From Alphaproteobacteria bacterium (GTDB taxonomy: Bacteria > Pseudomonadota > Alphaproteobacteria > UBA828), in contig CAXXMU010000001.1 in assembly GCA_963667785.2 (NCBI GenBank), positions 128,001 to 192,000 of the forward strand: 64,000 nt of DNA, given 5' to 3'. The position numbers and the translations under genes were made by a program. Each line of letters opens with the position of its first letter. Position 1 is the first letter of the stretch. Below the pieces are notes generated by a model, which saw only the letters and a program-made list of their open reading frames with translations, was not told the DNA's origin and ran no database searches. Shown in pieces: positions 47,578-54,524 of the stretch.

Positions 47578-49074
47578 TCAGTACCTCGCCAGGCTTCCGC
47601 CGTGGGCGATCACGATGGAATCGCCCGCCGGCAGCGTGATGGCCGCGCCGTCCGCCTGCGTCGCGACCTTGAGCTTCGCGTCATGGCCGGCGCCGGTCGA
47701 CTCGTTGCGGAACACCAGCATCCCGACCGGCCTGTCGGCCGGGACGGAGAGGATTCGGTCCCCCGTCTTCGCCCCGGTGAGGCGCACGAGGTCGTAGCCG
47801 AGCTCCTCCGCCGTGAGCGCCAGCGCTCCGGAGCCGGCGATGTCCTTGTCGAGGCGCCCGGTATTGAGGGCCGCCTTGGCCTTGGCTCTCTTCGCCGCCG
47901 TGCTGGTCCAGGACGCGTCCGTGTCGTTCCCGGCCGCCGTCCACAGGTCTCCTTCGCTGCCCCGCCCCTTCCCGGCGACGGTTACGGCCCACGCCCGGAT
48001 GGCCTGGCGCACCAGCTCGCCGCGATGGATGTCCGCGCCGTCGAGGCTGATCGCGAAAGTGCTGTCGTTCGCCGGCTTCACGCCGTCGACGACGAGATAA
48101 TCGAAGGTGTACTGGATCGCGTTGGCGAACGTCGACTTGCTGATGTTCCCGCTCGGCACCACGCGCCAGGTGCCGAGCTCCAGCCAGGTGGTCGTGTGGA
48201 TCACGCGGTCGATGTCGGCGATGTCGGCATCCGCGCCGGTCTTCGGCAGCCGGATGAAGAGACCGCCCGTGCCGGAGCCGTTGTCCTGCACCTGGTAGGT
48301 TCCCGAGGCGCTCAGCTTTATCGTGAAGGTGCCATCCAGCGTCACGCTCTCGTTGATACCCTGGATCTCGTGGCGCGTCGCGTCGGTGGCGTTCGAGCCA
48401 TCGGCGCGCAACCATGGCGGGTCGCTGATCGCCCCGTAGGGGAGGTCCAGGTCGAGATCGGACGGCTCTTCGGCAGACAGGCGCCAGACGTAGCCGTTGG
48501 CACCCTGCGGAAGGGTGGCCAGGTTCCCCTCGATCGCCACGGTGATAGCTATGTACCAGTAGGCGCCGATCCCCGCGCCCACCTTGGTGGCGACGCCCGT
48601 GACCGTGAACTTCGGATAGTTCGCCGCGTCCGGCGGCGAGGCGCTGTGGGCGTTCAGGATTCCCGCCATGTCGTCTGCGGTGACGGTGTGGGTCGGCAGC
48701 GGGGGCCAGTCGGTGTTCCCCGGAATCTTCGCCCACATGGTCTCCGAGACGATCAGCGTCCGGTCGCCGGCCTGGATCGAGCGGACGCTGTCGTAGATCT
48801 CGGCCTGCGTCGGTGCCGCGCTGCCGTCGCCGGATGCTATCGCCCAGGCGTACCGCTTGTCCGTCTGCCCCGCCTGCAGCAGCAGCTCGTTGTAGGCCGA
48901 GGCGTAGAAATCGCCCTCGTGGCCCTCCAGGTCGGTGCGCTTCACCAGCGCCAAGTACATGTCGGCGACGGTGCGCGTCACGGGCGGCGCGACGGACGGC
49001 GACGGCGGGAAGACCGCGACCAGGTCGGTGAACGCCGGCGGCCCTGCGGTCGGTTGCTGCGGAATGTCGGGCAT
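47578..49074 (-). CDS. 498-aa tail-associated protein, possibly a second fibre / receptor-binding protein
   Basis: Directly after the gp48-like gene; GGAG SD; beta-rich; C-terminal LTGAKTGDRILSVP..LVFRNEST resembles fibre beta-sandwich modules. Confidence 0.6.
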   Translation of the reverse strand: MPDIPQQPTAGPPAFTDLVAVFPPSPSVAPPVTRTVADMYLALVKRTDLEGHEGDFYASAYNELLLQAGQTDKRYAWAIASGDGSAAPTQAEIYDSVRSIQAGDRTLIVSETMWAKIPGNTDWPPLPTHTVTADDMAGILNAHSASPPDAANYPKFTVTGVATKVGAGIGAYWYIAITVAIEGNLATLPQGANGYVWRLSAEEPSDLDLDLPYGAISDPPWLRADGSNATDATRHEIQGINESVTLDGTFTIKLSASGTYQVQDNGSGTGGLFIRLPKTGADADIADIDRVIHTTTWLELGTWRVVPSGNISKSTFANAIQYTFDYLVVDGVKPANDSTFAISLDGADIHRGELVRQAIRAWAVTVAGKGRGSEGDLWTAAGNDTDASWTSTAAKRAKAKAALNTGRLDKDIAGSGALALTAEELGYDLVRLTGAKTGDRILSVPADRPVGMLVFRNESTGAGHDAKLKVATQADGAAITLPAGDSIVIAHGGSLARY

Positions 49075-49096
49075 CGCTACGGTGCTCCGGGCCTCG

Positions 49097-49777
49097 TCAT
49101 GCGCCGGGCCATCCGAGGGGGTCGCCGTGCCACGTCAGCGGCTGGCCGAGCCAGGTGAGGACCTCCGGCGCCTGGAAGTAGCCGATCACCAGCAGGGTGT
49201 GCGCCGGCACCAGCTCGCGGAGCCGGCAGATGAACTCGTTCGGGAAGGCCCCGTCGTAGCGGCAGAGCGGGGTCAGCACGTCCGAGAGAGTGTCGAAATA
49301 GCGGAAGCGGGCGATCGTGCCGATATCGACGTACCAGACAAAGCGCCACTTGCCGCCGGTCAGGTCGAGCGTGGTGCCCGTCACGGCGGCCTCGGAGGCC
49401 GGCTCCCGCACCCGCAGCCTGTAGCCCCAGCGCCGCCCGAGGGCGACGATGTCATGCGGGCTCACCCCGAGGAGGCTGACCACCTTGCCGACCACGGCGG
49501 CGCGGCGGTGGCCGATCGTCTCGGAGAGGTCCGAGCAGGCGTCGGGGAGGCCGACGAGGCGCTCCCAGTCGGGGAGGAGGTGGAACGCGCCGGACGGCAC
49601 CGATTCCCCGAGCACGCCCATGCCGCCGCCGTCGACCGCCAGGAACTCGCCGGCGAGCGCGTCCAGGAGGCGGTCGAGCGTCGTGCCGGCCTGCTTCGGC
49701 CACGCCTCGCCCTGCGGCAGGAGGCCGTGCAGGTTCTCCCTGTAGTCCTTGCGGGTGGCGGGCGCGAGCGCGGTCAA
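49097..49777 (-). CDS. Baseplate protein, Mu gp48 / YmfQ (DUF2313)-like
   Basis: LLPQGEAWP, LLPDWERLVGLPD, ICRLRELVPAHT; TTGA overlap with the gp47 stop. Confidence 0.85.
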   Translation of the reverse strand: MTALAPATRKDYRENLHGLLPQGEAWPKQAGTTLDRLLDALAGEFLAVDGGGMGVLGESVPSGAFHLLPDWERLVGLPDACSDLSETIGHRRAAVVGKVVSLLGVSPHDIVALGRRWGYRLRVREPASEAAVTGTTLDLTGGKWRFVWYVDIGTIARFRYFDTLSDVLTPLCRYDGAFPNEFICRLRELVPAHTLLVIGYFQAPEVLTWLGQPLTWHGDPLGWPGA

Positions 49778-50922
49778 TTGCCCGTCCAGGTGATGACGCC
49801 GGGCACCGGGATGACGTTGGCGGCGTAGACGATGTCGGCCGGCGAAGCGCCCTCGATCAGGGTGATCTCGTGATCCGCCTCGCCCTCGGCGGTCGAGATC
49901 GCCTCCCGCACGTGGCTGGCGAGGATGGTGCCGCCGGGCTCGCCCTCGCGGCGCAGGAGGTCCGCGATCTCCGCCTCGATCGCGGCGCGGACGGCGGGCG
50001 TATCGGGCGTGAGCGCGTTGATGGTCAGGTCGACGGGCGATGCGGTGAGCGGCTCGACGGCGTTCCCCTGCGCATCCTCGCCTTGCGCGTTGACGAACAC
50101 GCGCGCCGTGACGGGGCGGCGGTTGTCCGCGATGAGGTAGGTCTTGACGGTGGCCAGCGTCGCGGCGCTCGGAATCCCGGTGGCCGTGGCGTCGTCGGTC
50201 ATAAAGTAGACCACCACGGTGCCCAGCGTCCCCGCCTTCACCGGGTTCGACGCCGCGTTGGCGCCCAGCGGGCGGCACCAGGCCCGCGTCACGTCGGCGT
50301 GGGCCGCGAGCGCCCAGAGGACGTAGTCGTCCTCGGCGCCGCCCTTGGGCGGCGTCCTGCGGCGCAGGAGGAGGCGGCGCAGCACCGAATCGACGCTCTC
50401 GCGGTCGGCGCCGCCTGCGATCGCGCCCGAGGCGGCCGCCTCGGAGACGACGCCGGCGATCGGGGCGACGAGCGAGACCTTGGTGCCGTCCGCCGCGTTT
50501 CCCGCGGCGCCGGCGGCCACGGCCTGGACGGCGACGTCGGCCGCGCCGGCCGCGATCGCCGCGGCGGCGGTGGAGCGGTACTGGACGCGGGCACCGGCCT
50601 GCCAGACCGTCCCCTTCGGGATCGCGGTGCCCGTGGTGCCGGTCACCGCGATCGTGCCGGTGGCCACGGTCGCGGGGATCGGCTCGATGCCCCACTCGGC
50701 CGCGCGGCGGAGCACGTTCTCGGCGTCCGCCGTGTCGTCGAAGATCTGGTCGGCGATCCAGGCGAGGGAGCCCCAGAGCTCGTGCTGGCCGCCGGCGACG
50801 CCCCGCGCGAGCGCGCCCAGGTAAGAGTAGACCAGGAGCGGGTCGGTGCCCTTGAGGCGGCTCTCGATATCGGCGATCAGCCGCCGGTCGATCTCGGCGA
50901 GCGTGGGGCGCGGATAGGGCAT
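49774..50922 (-). CDS. Baseplate J-like protein (Mu gp47)
   Basis: MPYPRPTL, QIFDDTAD, GGADRES, PPKGGAEDDYVLWA. Confidence 0.93.
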   Translation of the reverse strand: MPYPRPTLAEIDRRLIADIESRLKGTDPLLVYSYLGALARGVAGGQHELWGSLAWIADQIFDDTADAENVLRRAAEWGIEPIPATVATGTIAVTGTTGTAIPKGTVWQAGARVQYRSTAAAAIAAGAADVAVQAVAAGAAGNAADGTKVSLVAPIAGVVSEAAASGAIAGGADRESVDSVLRRLLLRRRTPPKGGAEDDYVLWALAAHADVTRAWCRPLGANAASNPVKAGTLGTVVVYFMTDDATATGIPSAATLATVKTYLIADNRRPVTARVFVNAQGEDAQGNAVEPLTASPVDLTINALTPDTPAVRAAIEAEIADLLRREGEPGGTILASHVREAISTAEGEADHEITLIEGASPADIVYAANVIPVPGVITWTGN

Positions 50923-51372
50923 TTACGCGGCCCTCAACACGTCCTGAAACTGCCATTCACGGGACGTTCCGTCCCGCAGATCGATCGTGATGCCCAGCGC
51001 GAGCAGCTCGCCGAGCCACGCGGCCGCGACGTGCACCGCGCCGGCGGCGCCGACGTCGACCAGCCACGCGAGCGCCTCCTCGGCATAGGCCCGCGCCCGC
51101 TGCAGGACCTCCGGCGTGCGCTTCTCCCGGCGCAGCAGCCAGAGGCGGGAGCCGCGCAGGGCGCCCGCGTCCCGGTTGAGCACGTCTCCCCACCAGCCGC
51201 GGCGGTCGCTCTCGCCGGGCGGGAGCTCCTCGGGCTCCACGCGCCGGTCGGTGAAGAGGCTCACGATCACGGCCGTCTGCAGGCCGTCGCCGTCGATCGC
51301 GAGGTCGGGGGCGGCCACGCGGAGGTCGAGCAGCCGCCCCGTGCCGTCCCAGGCGAGGAGGAGATCGCTCAC
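50923..51372 (-). CDS. Baseplate wedge protein, Mu gp46-like
   Basis: LQTAVIVSLFTDRR, RRGWWGD, GSRLWLLRREK, YAEEALAWL. Confidence 0.93.
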   Translation of the reverse strand: MSDLLLAWDGTGRLLDLRVAAPDLAIDGDGLQTAVIVSLFTDRRVEPEELPPGESDRRGWWGDVLNRDAGALRGSRLWLLRREKRTPEVLQRARAYAEEALAWLVDVGAAGAVHVAAAWLGELLALGITIDLRDGTSREWQFQDVLRAA

Positions 51373-51375
51373 GGC

Positions 51376-51672
51376 CTACCCTCCCGCCGTCACGTCGGGG
51401 CTGCCCTGGGCGACGCTGGTGCAGCCGGTGATCGCGTCCCCCACGCGGCCGATCCCCTTGCCGTTCACGGTCACGCTGCCGCTGCCCGCCGCGATCGGCG
51501 CGCTGTGGCCGGGGCAGGGCGGGATGTTGGGCGGCCGCAGGTGCGCCGTGTTGTTGTCGCCGGCGCGCGAGACCGCCTCGCCGTTCGCGGTCACGTTCGC
51601 GCTCCCCTGCGCCCGCGTCATGCCGGAGCAGTGGGGCACGTCTGCATCGCCCACGCGCGTCACCGCCGGCAT
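51376..51672 (-). CDS. PAAR-domain spike tip (T4 gp5.4-like)
   Basis: MPAVTRVGD..HCS, VSRAGD..H, IGRVGD..C..VAQGSPDV. Confidence 0.9.
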   Translation of the reverse strand: MPAVTRVGDADVPHCSGMTRAQGSANVTANGEAVSRAGDNNTAHLRPPNIPPCPGHSAPIAAGSGSVTVNGKGIGRVGDAITGCTSVAQGSPDVTAGG

Positions 51673-51866
51673 CGGGAGAGCGCCTCCTGGAGCCTGGCGT
51701 CGAAGCCGCCCATCATCTCGTGATCCTCGGCCGAGTGCGGCGGCTCGGGGTAGTCCGGCACGAACGCGACGAGGCGGTCCATCCGCTCCGGCAGGTCGTC
51801 CCAATGGGTGCCGTGGCGGAGCTGGCCCTCGGTATCGACCCAGCTGTAGCGGCCCTGGCCATTCAA
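51660..51866 (-). CDS. Small PAAR-associated protein (68 aa)
   Basis: TTG start overlaps the gp45 stop (TTGA); ...WDDLPERMDRLVAFVPDYPEPPHSAEDHE...; 3' end overlaps the PAAR start. Confidence 0.7.
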   Translation of the reverse strand: MNGQGRYSWVDTEGQLRHGTHWDDLPERMDRLVAFVPDYPEPPHSAEDHEMMGGFDARLQEALSRCRR

Positions 51867-52324
51867 TCGTTCAGCCCTATGTGCGGCGAATCGAGCAGGA
51901 TGTCGGTGTCGGTCATCACGATGGACGACCGGCCGCACCTGAGCTCGATGCGCGGCCCCCGCTTCAGGGCGATCCGGCAGGGGACGGCCGCCGTGTTCTC
52001 GTTCGTGTAGAGGACCACCTCGCCCTCCAGGAGCCCCGTGGGCCGGTAGCGGCGGTCGTCGACCGCGATGACGATCGGATGCTGGCGGACTCCGCCGGGG
52101 CAGACCACGACCGCCTCCGCGCCGGGCTCGGGATGCGAGCTGAAGCCATACTCCTGGAAGCGCTCGGCGCGGTCGATCGTCTCGGAGCGCAGCGCGCTCA
52201 GCTGCACCACCTGCAGCCTGGGATCGTCGTCGACCAGGGTGAGCACGGCGCGGCCGACCATGAGCATGACGCGGCGCCGGAGCGGCAGCATCAGGCGCTC
52301 CGCGGCCTGCCTCAGCCCCGTCAC
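51863..52324 (-). CDS. Baseplate spike, Mu gp45-like (short)
   Basis: ERFQEYGFSSHP, GGVRQHPIVIAVDDRRYRP, EGEVVLY; ends ILLDSPHIGLND. Confidence 0.9.
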   Translation of the reverse strand: MTGLRQAAERLMLPLRRRVMLMVGRAVLTLVDDDPRLQVVQLSALRSETIDRAERFQEYGFSSHPEPGAEAVVVCPGGVRQHPIVIAVDDRRYRPTGLLEGEVVLYTNENTAAVPCRIALKRGPRIELRCGRSSIVMTDTDILLDSPHIGLND

Positions 52325-53415
52325 GGCGCGGCCGCCCCGGCGGCTGACGGCCACCACCCGCTGGCGTCGTCCGCCTCCTCCGGCTCGATCCGGGCCAGGA
52401 ACGCGGTCTCCGGATAGAGCTCGAGCTCCGTCACGGTGCCCTCTTCGCCGATGCCCTGCACCGTGCGGGAGACCAGCATCTCCCGGTCGAGCCCGAGCCA
52501 GGGATCGACGATGCGCACCAGGCGCCCCGGCGACCAGAGCGGGGAATCGGCCTCCGGCGTCTCCCGCCAGCCCCGCACGGCCACCGTCGCGCGGCGGCTG
52601 CGGGCGGCGCGGACCACGGCCTCCCACTCGATGCGCTCGGCAGCCTCGGCCGCATCGAGCGCCTGCTCGGCGATGACGGTGAGCGGCCGGTAGCGGGTGA
52701 CGCCCGCGTCCTCGGCGGTCGCGAACACGTGCGCGGCGTCGCCCGGCGTGATCCAGTCGCTGCCGGGCTGCTGCCCCAGCAGGGTGTACGCCGAGTGGCG
52801 CTGCAGCCAGCTCGCGTCGCCCGAGGCCCTGAGGATGTTGACCCGGTGCTCCAGGCGCACGCCGGCGCGGGTGCGGGAGGGCCGCCCCAGCACGATGCCG
52901 CCGGCGCCGTCGGAGAGCGGCAGCACGCCCCGCATGCGGCAGCCGCGGTCGATCGCCTCGAAGACGGTCTCCCCCTCCTCGATCCGGAAGCGCCGGAACG
53001 GGGTCCCGGCCGCATCGCCCGCCGAGGCGTCGCTCCGCACCGAGACGCCGAACGGCCGGCAGAGCGCGGCCACGATCCGCTCCAGCGTCTCGTCGTGCCA
53101 CTCGCCGGGCTCCGACGCCGCCGAGCAGTCGACCAGGTCGCCCGTGGCGTCCCGGCCGGCGATCTCGATCTCGTGCGATTCCGTGTCGTAGGTGACGCGC
53201 ACGCTGTCGATGAAGCCCGCGATCACGCGGTCGCCGTCGAGGAAGGCCGCGCAGGCGTCGCCGGGCTTCACCGCGCGGGGCGATGCCGTGCCCGGCGACT
53301 TCTCCGAGAGCCGGATCCCGAACGTGCCGCTGATCGTCTCGAGCGAGCGCGTGACCGATCCCCCGGTCCAGCCCTCGTAGACGAGGCCGCCGACCTCGAG
53401 CGCGAGCTCGCTCAC
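52321..53415 (-). CDS. Baseplate hub, Mu gp44 (gpP)-like
   Basis: YEGWTGGSVTRSLE, GRDATGDLVDCSA, GETVFEAI, RYRPLTV. Confidence 0.92.
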   Translation of the reverse strand: MSELALEVGGLVYEGWTGGSVTRSLETISGTFGIRLSEKSPGTASPRAVKPGDACAAFLDGDRVIAGFIDSVRVTYDTESHEIEIAGRDATGDLVDCSAASEPGEWHDETLERIVAALCRPFGVSVRSDASAGDAAGTPFRRFRIEEGETVFEAIDRGCRMRGVLPLSDGAGGIVLGRPSRTRAGVRLEHRVNILRASGDASWLQRHSAYTLLGQQPGSDWITPGDAAHVFATAEDAGVTRYRPLTVIAEQALDAAEAAERIEWEAVVRAARSRRATVAVRGWRETPEADSPLWSPGRLVRIVDPWLGLDREMLVSRTVQGIGEEGTVTELELYPETAFLARIEPEEADDASGWWPSAAGAAAP

Positions 53416-54056
53416 GTCAGGATCTCGATCGGCTCCGCCGGCACGAAACCCGGCCGGGCCACCTGGTTGCGCGCGGCGATCCCGGCGGCGTGGGAGACAT
53501 CGCCGTAAATGGCGTACGAAAGGGCCAGGGAGGGCCGCACGGAGGCGGGCGTGGCGGTGGTCACCTCGGGGAGCGTCTCCACCTCGCGCGCGATATGGGC
53601 CATCACGGCGCCCCTGAGGGCCCTCAGGGCGCGGAACGACGCATCGTCCGCCTGCGGCGCGCGGGCGTCGAGCAGCGCGCCCACGCGGTCCCTGGCGGCC
53701 AGGGCCGCCGTCCGGCTCTCGTAGCCGGCGTCGGCCGTGCGGCGCGCGAGCTGCGCCGTGGCCACGCCCCGCACCAGGTCGACCAGCGCGGCCTGGTTGG
53801 CCGCCTGGGTGCGCCGGCTCGCGGTCGTCAGCGGCACCGCGGGCAGGGTGAGTCCGGACTCGGCCAGCCCCTCCAGGAGGACCGTGTCGGTCATCTCGCC
53901 CACGGCCTGGCCGATGCGGGCCGCGAGGGCGGGCGCATCGTGGACGAGGGAGCCCGCCTCGGCCGAAAGCGCGGCCGCCGCAGGCGTGCCGATCTGCGTC
54001 GCCGCCTGCCGGACGGCGGCGGCCGCAAACTCGGCGACGAACGAGGGAACGGTCAT
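53412..54056 (-). CDS. Mu gp43 (gpN)-like protein, C-terminal half
   Basis: PSLALSYAIYGD..IAARNQVARPGFVP, a C-terminus typical of gp43; ATGA overlap with the N-terminal half. Confidence 0.75.
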   Translation of the reverse strand: MTVPSFVAEFAAAAVRQAATQIGTPAAAALSAEAGSLVHDAPALAARIGQAVGEMTDTVLLEGLAESGLTLPAVPLTTASRRTQAANQAALVDLVRGVATAQLARRTADAGYESRTAALAARDRVGALLDARAPQADDASFRALRALRGAVMAHIAREVETLPEVTTATPASVRPSLALSYAIYGDVSHAAGIAARNQVARPGFVPAEPIEILT

Positions 54057-54523
54057 ACCGTGAAGCCGTCCGCAAACTGGGCCGCCATCGCGGTCTCGGC
54101 CGCCGTCGCCGCGTCGCGGACCGCAGCGGCGGTGTCGGGCAGCGCAGCCGGATAGCGCTCCCGGCCCGCGTCGACGAGGGTGAGCGTGAAGGACGCCATG
54201 CCGCCCCGCTGGCTCGTCTCGGTCACCTTGTAGCCGGTGCAGGCGGCGCGGCGCACGCCGAGATAGGGATGGACCAGCACCGCCGGCCCGGCGGCCTCGC
54301 AGGCCGCGATCAGGGCGTCGCGGGCCGGGAAGTAGTCGGGGCCGATGACGTAGCACTCGACCTCGTATTCGCCGGTCTTCTTCCCCAGGTCCTCCGGCCA
54401 GGAATCGTCCCGGCCGGGGTATTCGTGCACGTGCACGCGCCGGCCGCCCGAGGCCTCGTGGCTCTCGATCTGAAAGGCCGCGCCCCGGTAGGAGCCCTCC
54501 AGAAGATCGTCCCGCCAGGCCAT
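54053..54523 (-). CDS. Mu gp43 (gpN)-like DNA circularization protein, N-terminal half
   Basis: MAWRDDLLEGSYRG, GRRVHVHEYPGRD..EDLG, LVHPYLG. Confidence 0.9.
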   Translation of the reverse strand: MAWRDDLLEGSYRGAAFQIESHEASGGRRVHVHEYPGRDDSWPEDLGKKTGEYEVECYVIGPDYFPARDALIAACEAAGPAVLVHPYLGVRRAACTGYKVTETSQRGGMASFTLTLVDAGRERYPAALPDTAAAVRDAATAAETAMAAQFADGFTV

Positions 54524-54524
54524 C

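Noticed and set aside
46183-49074. Diversity-generating retroelement or invertible tail fibre cassette
   Set aside because: No reverse transcriptase, no template/variable repeat pair, no invertase and no inverted fibre copy in this window; the unseen prophage half cannot be excluded.
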